A stretch of 64,000 nucleotides of DNA, taken from the NCBI RefSeq assembly GCF_006345805.1, contig NC_042997.1:96534001-96598000 (forward strand), read 5' to 3'. The translations under genes and the position numbers were made by a program. The notes beneath the pieces were generated by a model. The model saw only the letters and a list, made by a program, of their open reading frames with translations. It searched no databases and had not been told where the DNA came from. How positions within the stretch are numbered: position 1 is the first letter of the stretch; each line of letters begins with the position of its first letter. This document shows positions 50,660-64,000 of the stretch, in pieces. The DNA is from Octopus sinensis. Lineage: Eukaryota.

Positions 50660-51845
50660 GTATGTATATGTAGTGTGTGTGTTTTGTTTGCAGTATGTGT
50701 GTGTATGTGTGTGTATATGTATGTGTGTGTTCGTGTGTGTATGTGTGTATGCGTAGGGGTTGTGTGTGTGTGGAAGAAATGTACTTTATTTTGTGCATGT
50801 GTGCGTGTATGCTTGTATGTGCGTATGTGTGTATACATGTATGTATAATTGTGTGCGTGTATGCTTGTATGTGCGTATGTGTGTATACATGTATGTATAA
50901 TTGTGTGCGTGTATGTATGAGTGTGTGCTTTGTGTGTGTGGGTTCATTTGATTGTGCGTTTTTGTGTATATATGTGCGTGTCGTATATACGTGTAGTTTT
51001 GTGTGCGTGTATGTGTGCGTGTGTATGCATGTGCGTGTGTGCGTATGTGGGTGTATATACGTATATGGGTGGGGTTGCGAGTGTTAAGTATGTGTGCGGG
51101 TCTGCATGCGTATGGGTGCGCATGTTTGTGTGTGTATGTGTCTATATGTGTATGCGTATGTGTGTGTACGTGTATGCATATATTGTGTGTGTATGTATAT
51201 TATAGATGTGCATGTCAATTTGTTTATTCGTGTGTGCGCGGGTTGTTTGTGCGTGCGTGGGGGGCGTTTGTGTAGGCGTAATGTGCGTACCTGTGTGTAT
51301 GTGCGTGCGTGTGCTTGTGTGTGTGCTTACGTGCGTGTGTGCGTGTGTACGTGTGTATATGTGTGTGTGCGTGTATTATGTGCGTATGTATATGTGTGTG
51401 TATATGTGCGTGTGTGCCTGTGCGTATGTGCATGCGTGTGTATATGTGTGTGAACGTGGAGATGTGTGTCGGGTTATGTGTGCATTTTGTTGTGTGTATG
51501 TCCGTGTATTTGAGTATGTATGTGGTTGTGTGTACGTTTATATGTGTTCGTGTATAAAGGTATGTGTGTCTGTGTGTGCGTGGGATTGTGTGTGGTAGGT
51601 ATCTGTGCATTCCTGTGCATGTGTATGTGTGTGTACTTTTGTGCACGTGTGTGTGTGTACGCGCATATGTATGTGTGCGCGTGGGTGTATGTGGATGGGT
51701 GTGTGTATGTATGCTTATGTGTATGTGTGTGGAAGTATGTGTGTGTGTATATGTGCATGTATGTATGTTGCATGTGTGCGGTGTGTGGGAGGTATATGTG
51801 CGTTCGTGGATACGTACTTATGTGTGTGTATGTGTGCATGTATAT
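50660..51845. repeat. ~1.2-kb degenerate alternating purine/pyrimidine (GT/AT/GC) tract
   Basis: Direct inspection; contains a 52-bp internal tandem duplication near 50801-50905. Confidence 0.9.
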
Positions 51846-52341
51846 AGAATTAAAAACAATAATTTTTAAAACAATAACTTATAAAGAATAAAGTAACAAA
51901 AAGATTATAAAAACAATAAAATGTAAAAAAAAGGTTGATAGGTGATGAGGAAGTTAATGTAATATATAAGGCGCAATTACAAGTAAAAAATGAAAAATGA
52001 GAAAAGAAATTAAGTTGCTTTTTTCGGGAGGTGTAGAGGCTATTCTACGGGAATTACATATATTTATAATTCCCGTAGAGTTGCATGAAAAACGTAATAT
52101 GTCACAATGGATGTTATATTTCCTTGTTGCTAGGTAGCAACTAAAATCTTTTCATACACGAGAAGAAATTATGAGCGTTACTAAATAGATAAATTATCAG
52201 AAATCACATATGGCAACAGTACATTAATAATGGAAAGTTATGGAAGGTTACACTACACTATGTGGGCGTGTATGCTACATGTGTGTGTATCTGTGTGTAT
52301 GTATGTATATATGCACATATATGTATGTAAATACATATATG

Positions 52342-52398
<57 letters not shown>

Positions 52399-52769
52399 TG
52401 TGTATGCGTGTGTGTATGTATGTATGTATGTATATATATATATATACATATATATATATGTAAGACAAGCACTTTCTAAGTTGGTATTCTACAGAAAATG
52501 AAGCCATTTTTGAACGCAGAATGACTGTGAAGGCACCTTAAAAAATATGGTAAATACCCTTATAACATTGGGAAACTGTAGCCAGTGAGCTTTACAGATA
52601 ATCATCACCGCCATCCTACGTTTGAGAATTCTTTTATTTTCTGCAGAACATATGTGATTGTGTGTGAGTGTATATGTAAGTGTTATGTGTATGTGCGTAT
52701 GTTATGTATGTGTGGGTGTTTTGTACCTATGTGTGCTGTGTGTGCATGTGTATGTGTAAGCGACAAGTG

Positions 52770-53086
52770 ATCACTCCTAACCCGTGAAAACCACTTGTAT
52801 GCTGTTTGAAGCATGACAAATCTTTCGGTTACCGTATTCCCCAGCAGAAAACAGAATTTCACGGAAGCTCTCTGTTCCTTCGTTTCAGCCATTGCAAAAA
52901 TCGACGAACAGAGGAGAAGCACTGCAAAACAAAGACACGCCACGTGGCAGTACGACGTGAGAAGACGATGCCGGTCGGCAGACTGCAGCCTGAGCGTTGC
53001 AATACGTAGATTCTTGCGAGGGAAACCTGAACTACTACGAGCTTCTACTACAGAATGTTTCTGGTTACATTTGAGTAACTCCTCGA
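52770..53086 (-). mobile_element. mariner 5' fragment
   Basis: MAETKEQRASVKFCFLLGNTVTERFVMLQTAY/KWFSRV; TIR-like GAGGAGTTACTCAAATGTAACCAGAA near 53086. Confidence 0.75.
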
Positions 53087-53179
53087 AAAATTAGTAAAAT
53101 ATACTTGCCAATTTAATTCATAAACATTAACAAAAATAATTAGCTACAATTCAACAAGGGAAATGTTATTATTTACTTA

Positions 53180-53306
53180 TCAATTCTACCGAGGTTGACT
53201 TTGCCTTTCAACATATCGGGACCGATTAAAATAGGTACCAGTTTAGTACTGAAGTTGCTGTAATCCGCTAGCTACTTCCTATACAGTTTTGGGCCTTAGC
53301 AAGAAT
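53180..53306 (+). mobile_element. SINE family A internal fragment
   Basis: CCGAGGTTGACTTTGCCTTTCA...TAAAATAGGTACCAGTT. Confidence 0.55.
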
Positions 53307-53965
53307 CATTTGTTGGCTCGGAAACAGACGACTGTAGTATTTATTGAATTTGTCAGTATTGAATTTTCGGCATTGGTAACCTTACTTTGGTTCTAAAAGC
53401 CATTGTATTTCGGTAAAAATATACATTTATTTTTTTTCAGTATCAAAAATAAGTACATGAGAAAAAATATTTTTGTTTCCGTTAATTTTTGATTGAGAAA
53501 ATATACTATTTTATACACTGCTGAGATGACTAGACAAGATTGTGCTACAATTTCAGAGCTGATTGATCTACACATTTTAGGACTGATAAGCAATGAATTC
53601 AGTGCATTAAAGGCAATGAGTATGGAGGTGATAGCCTGATCATTACACAAATTATGACGTCACAACAATACAACAGATTCAAAGAAAAATATCTACTGAA
53701 AATTTTATGAATTAAATCTAATATTTATGGTTATTACTGATAAAAGAAATTTATATCAAATTAATGTTCCAAGTACGGCCTCAAATCTTATGACGAATGA
53801 CTATTCTACTAATATATGGAAATGAAACTTTCGATGTTATATCTATCTATATATATATGTATATATATTATATATATAATATATATATTATATATATATA
53901 ATATATATATATGTTATATAAATATGTGTCTGTGTATGTGTGTATATACATATACATTCATACAT

Positions 53966-53997
<32 letters not shown>

Positions 53998-54149
53998 CGC
54001 ACAGATAGCGTCTGGAATGCATATATATATATATATATTCATATACATATATATGTGTGTGTGTATGCGTAAATGTCGAACTCATTGGTAGATATAATTT
54101 CTTTATTTGTGAACTAAGGCTTACATTTATTACATGTTAAGTAAAGTAG

Positions 54150-55085
54150 GAAAATATCCTAGTGCCATTACAATTTTTCAAGCCAATAACATGGAGAAAG
54201 CTGTTTGCATTATTTTGCCTTTTTTGGGGCATGGTACTCCTGTACTTGCGTACTGAGATATTTCGTCACTAGGGCATATTTCTTCTTTGTGTGGAGTTTA
54301 GGAGAGGGGATATTCTGGTGGAGTTACCGACGCAGATAGGGGCTCTTCTTTGAAATATTTGAGTGCAAAATATTGCTTATGTATGCAAAGTGAGGTTTCA
54401 TCCCTAATATTTAGGATTGTGTTTGTTGATTGTATAATGTTCATTTTTCAGTAATACAGAGTACATATTTGATATTCCATCCTTTTTTTTTTGCTTTAGA
54501 AATAGTTTTCCATTTTATCTGCGGGCTGCTTATTCTAGGGGTTTCAATATCCATATATTTGACAGGGATGCTGCATGTTTTTTTTTCTGTTTTTGTTTTT
54601 GACTCTGAATGACACCAGAATTTGTGTATACATTTCCTTGAACGAGTTGCCCGTCATCCCGATATACACCTTTGCAATTTCGTTGGGGTCGGTGATCTCA
54701 GCCTTGTATACGATTCTTTCTCCAGACAGTTGTTCCTTAAATGGCAGCGGTTTGGAACCTACAGCTGCATTGTCTTTCGGGGGTGTTTGTGGTGTGCTTG
54801 TATTTATTGTGATTGGGTTTTGTTGACCCTATATTGGGAAGGTAGCTATAGCTAACTTTAACGGTATTTCTGTTGAAGATCTTGTGGTATTTCTTTAGAT
54901 GTGGAAAGTGGTTGTCAATTAATTTTAAGAATTCCCTAGCTATGTTAGTAGCTCATTCAAGCTATAAGGTAGGTTGAGCCATAAGATTTTCCTCTGTGTC
55001 TTCTTGATTTATTTATAATTGGATCAATGTAGTATATGTTACTCTTGAAGTTGCATCTTTCTAATGCATCATTACAATATGGCAA
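54150..55085 (-). mobile_element. Penelope-type fragment with linker and GIY-YIG
   Basis: WLNLPYSLN..; ERIVYKAEITDPNEIAKVYIGMTGNSFKE (reverse complement of ~54635-54720). Confidence 0.85.
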
Positions 55086-55133
55086 GCAGGGCGGGAAAAT
55101 ACGATTATATATATATTATATATATATATATAT

Positions 55134-55176
<43 letters not shown>

Positions 55177-55182
55177 TTATAG

Positions 55183-55214
<32 letters not shown>

Positions 55215-55401
55215 TATCATATACATATATATATATATAATATCTATACTATATATATATATATATTATATATATTATATATAATATATATATACATATT
55301 GGTAAAATCGGTAGATAACAAAAGAAAGAAAAAGACCTCAATATTATGTAAATAGAGGAAATTTATCTATAAAATATATGTTACAAATACTCAATAGTCA
55401 A

Positions 55402-55462
55402 GATAAAACTCTGAGTTTCAGATGCCGAAGTGGAAATCCACAACACCATCTCTTCGGTTATC
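55402..55462 (-). ncRNA. hammerhead ribozyme-like motif, CCGAAGA core variant, in a PLE terminal repeat (~55300-55500)
   Basis: Reverse complement GATAA-CCGAAGA-GATG..CATC-T-GAAA-CTC-A-GAG-TT-TTATC; related to 21087-21144. Confidence 0.6.
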
Positions 55463-55942
55463 TGGCCATCTGAAAAACGCTATGAAAAAATACCGTTATA
55501 TAAAGGGAAATTACTGTGTTATAATTCTGCTACTTATATAAAATAAGATTAAAATTTCATAGTAAACATGTCTAGTCATACGCTCACATGTGCGCTCGCG
55601 GATCCACGTCCGTACTTATACGTCACTATGAAAACGTACACATCTTCACTCGCATTTTTTGCCAAATATATACGCATATATATACAAACTCATACACACA
55701 CACACATGCGTACCGTAATATTTCATACATACGTCTATATACGCACAAGCGCAAGAAAAACCATGGTTAAAGGTAACATAAGGAAGTATACAAAGCATAA
55801 AAGCCACGTTCATATACGGACATGCCCTTATGCACTCATACACACACACGCCCATATATGTACATACCCGCACATGTTTATATACGCATATACACACACG
55901 CATATACGAAAAATGAATATACATATGCACCCCCCCCCCCAA

Positions 55943-55973
<31 letters not shown>

Positions 55974-55974
55974 G

Positions 55975-56005
<31 letters not shown>

Positions 56006-56987
56006 ATATATATGAGAAAATCATTAACCTCCAACAGTTAATAATTTAAAGGAAACTACAAATTATACAGTATTTCATGGCAGAACTTTCTTCACAATAG
56101 TAACACCTAATTGTAATCAAGCGTTAAGCTTGGGGAGATGGACAACGTAAATATATGAACATAGGTTAATATTTACTTTAAGACACGTAAAAGTAGACAA
56201 TATAACACTATTTAGCTCAATGCAGCATTTAGTTTCAATGTCAGTACACGCATCGTTAAGCATTTTTCTTCCTTATTAGATAAACACTTTTCAAAGAAAT
56301 ATATTTATTATAAGAATTTTTAATGGATATGATTTTAAATTTAGCTTCTACACTAAATCTAGTTTTACAAGAAATGTATCGTACATCAGTAGTAATAATC
56401 GAAAAGCAAACAAGACGTTATATATTACTCTCCAAATTCACGTAACTATTCTGAAATTTGTCAAATAAATACCTTATGACTTTTGAAATCAATAGCGGAT
56501 CGGTAAAATTACGTACAGCACAGTATTAAAAGCTCAGTCATTATATTTCACAAACAATAAATTTGAAGGAAAATTTATTCAACATCGACATTCTTTCACA
56601 AATGGAATAGGTCTCTGAACTTTAGCTTATCAAATTATGTATGGCTTTTCACAAATGATTAAAGTCAATAATTACAAAATCGTCTGGCTTACATTACTTA
56701 CCAAGTCTCATACAGTTAAAAAACATACGATTGAACTACATCTCTCAGACAGAATAAATATATTGTTTTATAAATGTTCCATCATGATCAATCGTTCTGA
56801 TTTCACATTAATTTGCGGAGATTAAATAAACTATACATTAAATTATTTTTAAAAACCCAATGGTGGAAAATGAATAGTCGCTCGGCGTAAAGAATTTTCT
56901 GCATATAATGAGAAGAATCACACTTTTATTTTACTCTTTACTATTTTATTTTCTCTCTACATGAACTCCATCACCTTGTAATACACA

Positions 56988-57372
56988 TACTCTTTTACTC
57001 TTTTACTTGTTTCAGTCATTTGACTGCGGCCATGCTGGAGCACCGCCTTTAGTCGAGCAAATCGACCCCGAGATTTATTTTTTGTAAGCCCAGTACTTAT
57101 TATATCCGTCTCTTTTGCCGAACCGCTAAGTGACGGGGACGTAAACACACACCAGCATCGGTTGTCAAGCAATGCTAGGGGACAAACACAGACACACAAA
57201 CACACACACACATACATTTATATATATATATATACGACAGGCTTCTTTCAGTTTCCGTCTACCAAATCCACTCACAAGGCATTGGTCGGCCCGAGGCTAT
57301 AGCAGAAGACACTTGCCGAAGATGCCACGCAGTGGGATTGAACCCAGAACCATGTGGTTGGTTAGCAAGCTA
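56988..57372 (-). mobile_element. SINE family B
   Basis: Well-preserved copy: CCAACCACATGGTTCTGGGTTCAATCCCACTGCGTGGCATCTTCGGCAAGTG...GGGGTCGATTTGCTCGACT...(AAAAGAGT)n tail. Confidence 0.9.
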
Positions 57373-57673
57373 TATTCTTAATGCGATATTCCTCCATTAT
57401 TTTTAGTGCTCTCTTACCGAATATTATTCTTTCTCCCCACTACCCCGCACGCTATTTTTTTTAATACGATGAAGGAATAACGTCCGAAACATTAAGATAC
57501 CTCTTCCTATAAGAATCCTAAGCTCACACCATATTTTTTAAACCTTGTAGTTAAGTGTAGTCTCTTTTGTTGCTTATTGCTTTCTCACTTTACATACATA
57601 TACAGTCGTGTATATGTGTGTGTTTATGCCTATATATGTGAACGTGCATTTATAAAATTTAGTTTATATATAT

Positions 57674-57719
<46 letters not shown>

Positions 57720-58005
57720 TCATATATACAGACGAGGGTGGAAAGAAAGAGAGATAGATACATATGTAAATTATTTACGGAAAACATAGGGTAAAAGAGA
57801 TATGAAATAAATTTGAATATTATAAAACATCAATATGGTTTAAATGAAAGTGTAAGCACATTTTTCTTATGCTGTAATTGTGCTGAGAAACACTGGAGGG
57901 GCTGCTAATGAAATTTGGTATATTTGTAAATATGTACGTAAGTTCCTGTGTATTTATGGACTTTTGCACTGTATAGATACACAGATACATGTGTGCGTGA
58001 GTATG

Positions 58006-58036
<31 letters not shown>

Positions 58037-58043
58037 CTGTGTG

Positions 58044-58074
<31 letters not shown>

Positions 58075-58994
58075 ACTTAACTGAAATTTTTATTTAATAT
58101 GAATGTTGTCTGAAAGGTTAAATATATTTGACATGTAGACAGCTGGAAGTGAAAAGGGTATATTTTTCAAATAAAGATTCTTAATCGCCTCTATTAGATC
58201 GAATACAATACGTAACAGTAATGATAACGGTAGATAAATAACATTGCGATACTATTGTTTACAACGATTTCTTCGTTTGTCTTCACTGAAATCGTAAGGG
58301 ACATATTCCTTTCGAGAATCCCTTTGCCATTAATTAAATACTTTGGGCAAAGTGAAGTTTTCAGTTCACCTGTGTACATACAGCGTTGATATGAAAATAT
58401 GTCTGCACAGAAAGTTAGTTTCGTGATATATACATTTATATTTGTATGTGCGAATGTTTGAGTGAGTGTGTTTCTGCGTAGAATGTGGGTGAATGACAGA
58501 CAAAAGAACCAGCAATTTGTGGGAAGCAGAGCGGAAAAAATACGAATCTATATAGTTCAACTTCGCAAGTCATTCTTACTGATTTTACAAGATCAATATA
58601 CACCTGTTTTTGTCACTCATTCACAATATACTAAATGCTGGAGAGAATATTATATCGAAGCGGAATTTAGTAACGCTTAGATTTTATACTAAATATGCAT
58701 ATGTCATAAGTAATACAATGATTGAGGGTATTTGTCTTGTCAGTTGACAAACATTCGAAGTAGTCGGTGTGTAAAATTTCACAACAAAACCAAATCAGGG
58801 AAATATTTGGGAAAGTAAAATGCTTGCTAATTCATGAAAGCAACGGCAACTTTCAGCATCATTAACACAGATGCTACTTAAACAGCCACTTGGAAGCTAT
58901 TCAGTTAGCGAAGCTTAAAAGTGATCAGTATAGACATACTAGAATGAAAGTAATGCTTTCAATTTGATTAAGAATTTCAACAAACTTTCTAATA

Positions 58995-59778
58995 CAAGGT
59001 GGTATCCAAAAGTTCCCAGGCTTGTTATATTTAATGAAATATAACTTATCTACCCAAGTTTTAACATCATCGCCTTCGAAATAGCCAACTTGTGCAGCAC
59101 ATACCGGTTCCAGCATCCATGCCACTTTGGAATGCAGTCTGGAAGTCGTTTTCCGTAAGCAAGTGGAGGACCTGCGATTCTCTCTGGATCTCGACACAAA
59201 GGTATTAAAACGTGACAGGGTGAATTCTCATCGTGAATAATCCAATTCTTCCCGCTCCCGAGATCCAGTCGCTTTCGCCAAATATCCTTCCGTAAATGCT
59301 TCAAAACGTCGTTCATTGTCCTCCAACGATATTTATGCACAAGCTGATGAATTTTCTCCACACTTCCGGTGGTGACGCTCGTAGCAGTTCTTTTACATCG
59401 CTGATCGTCTTACAGGAACGCTCTTCCGAATTTGAAGTTCCCGTGTCACTCGAAACATTGCGTATGACCCACTGCCTCGTCTTCGTAAGCTTGCCAAAAC
59501 ATGCTCAATGTCTCTGTAGCAGTCTTTCCAAGTTTAACGCAGTATATCACATTGATTTTTGTTGCACCAACTTCTTTCTCATGACAAAATTCGCAGAAAA
59601 CAGCATAGAAGATATAAAAAAAAACGCAAATTTCCCAATTTGCGAAGTAAATACAGCGATGTCACTCGGCACACTCCCTGATGAAAGTCACTGCTAGCTC
59701 TCACTGCGCACACAATAGTATGGTACCATCTGTTTGAAAACTACAGGACTAGTCCGGGAACGTTTTGATACCACATCG
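58995..59778 (-). mobile_element. internally deleted mariner element with TIRs
   Basis: Left CAAGGTGGTATCCAAAAGTTCCCAGGCTTGT versus right reverse complement CGATGTGGTATCAAAACGTTCCCGGACTAGT; DVLKHLRKDIWRKRLDLGSGKNWIIHDENSPCH (mariner second-D region). Confidence 0.85.
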
Positions 59779-61199
59779 ATTCTCAGAGAATTTTTTAAAA
59801 TCACATAGGTTAAAGACTCACCTCTGTAAATTGTACGTCTCCGATTAACCATTATTATTTTACTCAGATGGCAAGATGTAGTGTGTTTATATTAAAACTG
59901 GTCATGAAAGTAATATAAATGTGAGAACTTACCTTCAGTAGAATATAATTTTCTGGAGGTCTAATACGACCGAGGTGATTTAGCAATTTGGCTTTAAACT
60001 CAAGATATCCTTAGTATAACTCTTTTTCAAATTATTCAGTCTGATATCTTTATTGAGTTATCGTTATATTTTTAGCTTAAACGCCAACAGTCTAATGACT
60101 GGGCCAATAATCTCAGTTTATAAGTTAATTTCAACCCACTACTTTACATGACAGACTCAAACATATGTCCATTTAGAAGGCAAATCGCTCCTCTGAAATA
60201 CTTTCCTCAGATCTTTTCTTCATAATCCTAATCTGCATTATAAAAATACATGCATGACACGATGTGCTGATCACTTTTACGTATTGCCAGTTGAAGAGAG
60301 AATTAACTGAAATTAGTCTGTTATTTTCAAGCCGTTTTTGTAAAGGGAATATTCAAACTCATCAGCGTTGATTTTATTTCCTAAAAAAAACTTTAACTAC
60401 TTGGCTATATTGAAATTATAAAATTTCACAATAAAATCAAATCAGAACACACGCAGACGGATTTTTTTTTTGCTATATGGGTAAATAACCTCATTAATTT
60501 TTCAGCTCCTTAAATTAAAATATGAGAACTATTCAGCTCTAAATTGAAATAAATCTAAATTACAATAAAGACAGAATGTAAAGTAAGATTCGAACAGAAT
60601 AATTGTGAATGATATGTTGTTACTTGAATACAAAGGTGATCTATAAAAGCTTTCCAAGTTCGGATTTTTAACGTTTGCAATGCATATATCCCTGATTCAA
60701 TCATATATGCATTGCAAAACATATTCGTATTCCTTAATGTGTATTTGAAGGTCAATAAAATTAAAGATCGATAAGAAAGGAAAATTCTGGAAGCCACAGC
60801 ATGTATTCCTGTTTAAAATTTCCACAACACTGATATTGGAAAATATACGAATCAAAATTCTACATCGCACTAAAATTTAGGCGCGAATACGATCTCTTTC
60901 ATCGGGTGTACATATATTTAGAAGAAATCATTACAGCATATTATAAGATAAAATATGAAACAAAATAAGATAGAAAAGCATTACTTGTTAAACTATTAGC
61001 GTTTAATTCTTCGATAAACATTGATAAAGACAGCGCATGAAATACTATATAGGGTTAACTAGAACTCTAATTAAAATGCTGCAAAATTTTACATTGTGAT
61101 CGCTTCTCAACAGCTTTAAAACTTGGAAAGAGATTGTGGCTTGAATACTTAATGATGTGAGGAAAATTATTTAAGAAGCTAAACATGCATAATTAGATG

Positions 61200-61261
<62 letters not shown>

Positions 61262-61344
61262 GAGAGTGCGTGTACACGTATACACACACAGAGACACACA
61301 CATACACACAAACACACACACATACATATGTAACTTTACGCATA

Positions 61345-61535
61345 CGAGACCTGATCAACAGGTATCCAAACTGTTGGCATAGTAACGAAGCTAAAACATT
61401 AGAGTAAAACTCCTTGGCAAATATTGACCTTGAACTCTGTTATGCATGTACACTAAGTTTTAACGATCTAGCGTACATCTTGTGTGATCGTCGCATTCAC
61501 CATGACAACAGTCCGGATACTTATTGATCTGATAT
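61345..61535. mobile_element. short mariner-type MITE
   Basis: TA|CGAGACCTGATCAACAGGTATCCAAACTGTTG versus right reverse complement ATCAGATCAATAAGTATCCGGACTGTTG. Confidence 0.7.
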
Positions 61536-61584
61536 ATATATATATAGATATATATATATATATATATACATACATACATACACG

Positions 61585-62166
<582 letters not shown>

Positions 62167-62454
62167 GAGTTTCATTTTGCAAATGGGAGAAAATTAGTTA
62201 AGTTAAGAGTACTATATAGTGCTGAAATTCTATATTATTACTACTCAGATTTCCATATACCGCTGATCAAAGAGTGGATTTAATTTATACCGGAGACATG
62301 GTATTTACATCATATCGTATTTATTGAACTTCCGACAAATAGGAATGTTTGAAACGAAAAGTAATAGAAATATACTATAAAATTGCGACTATATGAACAA
62401 AAGATAGCACAATATGGATGCCTGATACACGCACGGGCGCGCGCGCACACACAC

Positions 62455-62775
<321 letters not shown>

Positions 62776-62829
62776 AGTTTCATGACAGTAAGCAGTGTAT
62801 GTACCATAATCAGCATGGTATACCCATTT

Positions 62830-63080
62830 GATAACAGTGAAAGGAAGGAAAGTTAAAAAACACGGCGTTATAACAATTAGATGTCTAAAATTTTCTGGTA
62901 CTGAAACAGAGGACTTAACAAAGTGATGATATCGGCAATTGTAAATTGTGCTATTAGGAACAGTGACAAGGAGGCCGAGTGTAAATTTTGAAAACATGAT
63001 CATAGTCTGAAAGGGGCAGTGCAGAAAATATGTTTACTTCCTTCGACAAGAATTATCTGGAAAGTTTTTAATGTATAGTG
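62830..63080 (+). mobile_element. very degenerate RLE C-terminus of an R4/Dong-type element
   Basis: AIVNCAIRNSDK..GAVQKICLLPSTRIIWKVFNV* resembles the PIxxGALG..QKxxLLGTARIxRKVL terminus. Confidence 0.4.
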
Positions 63081-63228
63081 ACAACAAATATAAGGAACAA
63101 AAAACAAAAAAAAAAGTTCTCCACAGTGTGTATATATTGCTTGTTATAGAAACGCGTATATAGTTCAATAGGAATCCTTACTAAGCTAGGGGTAACACCC
63201 ATATATTCAAACAGAGTGCGTACAACAC

Positions 63229-63260
<32 letters not shown>

Positions 63261-64000
63261 GCTGCTGAGTTGTAATAGGATGCACCACCCAAAGGCAGAC
63301 GTAGATCGCCTTTACCTTCCCAGAGCCCAAGGAGGTCGAGGCCTGATCCAATTTGAACTAGCTTACAAAACAACCACAATTGGACTGGCCAAATATCTCG
63401 AAATATCGAATGACTGGATGCTAAAGCTCGTGGAAAATCACGAGAGACGAAAGAAGCTTCATTCTATTATAAAGGAAAGCAAAAAATTTGCAGGATACCC
63501 AAACTGAACAACCCGAGGGAAGTACGGCAACTATTGTTGCAAAGAAGGTGAAAATGATGGCAACGAAAAAAGCGCACGAGCAATTGGCTGATAGGTGGGA
63601 GGAGAAACCTCTGCACGGCAAATATGTGACGCGCAGCAAACAAGCTGATGTTGACCAGAAGCGAACCCATCAGTGGCTACGGAGCTCAGGGCTAAAAGCA
63701 GAGAGCGAAGGTTTCATCCTGGCTGCTCAAGATCAAAGCCTATTAACCCGGGACTAGCAGGCCAATGTGATGAAAAATGGAGCAGACCCAAAATGCCGAT
63801 TCTGCAACGACATGATTGAAACAGTGGACCACCTAATCTCTGGATGTAAAGTCTTAGCACCAGTGGAGTATAAATTAAGACATGACAGAGTTGGCCAATA
63901 TCTACACTGGCTAATAAGTCGGCATTACAATATCAAAACTGCCGACAAGTGGTATAATCACCACCCTGAGGCTGTAACTGAAGGAGAAAATGTAACCATT
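63261..64000 (+). mobile_element. R4/Dong-clade non-LTR retrotransposon fragment, 5'-truncated at (AAT)n and cut by the window end
   Basis: HHPKADVDRLYLPRAQGGRGL..EKPLHGKY..WLRSSGLKAESEGFILAAQDQSLLTR..KCRFCNDMIETVDHLISGCKVLAPVEYKLRHDRVG; one frameshift and one in-frame stop. Confidence 0.9.

Noticed and set aside
53500-53650. Open frames on both strands (AEMTRQDCATISELIDLHILGL.. / QAITSILIAFNALNSLL..)
   Set aside because: Weak splice signals on both strands and no recognisable protein
57466-57497. ACGATGA-A-GGA-ATAACG-TCC-GAAA-CA-TT-AAGA hammerhead-like string
   Set aside because: Two core substitutions, a broken stem III and no convincing stem I; at most a decayed relic
59931-60010. Minus-strand frame YLEFKAKLLNHLGRIRPPENYILLK ending at a GTAAGT donor
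   Set aside because: No polypyrimidine acceptor in frame; a stop lies immediately upstream

Overview
AT-rich, repeat-dominated animal genomic DNA, most likely an octopod cephalopod (inferred from the tRNA-derived SINE families and the very high (TA)n/(CA)n/(GATA)n/(AAT)n load). No complete host gene is visible. There is one reasonable spliced-exon candidate on the minus strand (46026-46127), plus weaker ones. Most ORF-track entries are microsatellite artefacts or transposon fragments. Recognisable content: at least 3 tRNA-derived SINE families; Tc1 and mariner relics (one mariner nested in a Tc1); MITEs; a probable non-autonomous Helitron; RTE, CR1, Tx1/L1 and R4/Dong-type LINE fragments; and many Penelope-like element (PLE) fragments with four distinct GIY-YIG domains. 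The most notable signal is seven minimal type I hammerhead ribozyme (HHR) motifs in or beside PLE-type termini. Two are intact and lie in the arms of a near-perfect ~660-bp inverted repeat (23657-25791), where an ORF with a CUE/UBA-like pattern ends on the TGA of the ribozyme core in the right arm. The other five carry recurrent non-canonical cores (CUGUNGA, CCGANGA). All family assignments come from by-eye motif recognition and manual translation, with no database searches, and element boundaries are approximate unless TIRs or splice sites are quoted.
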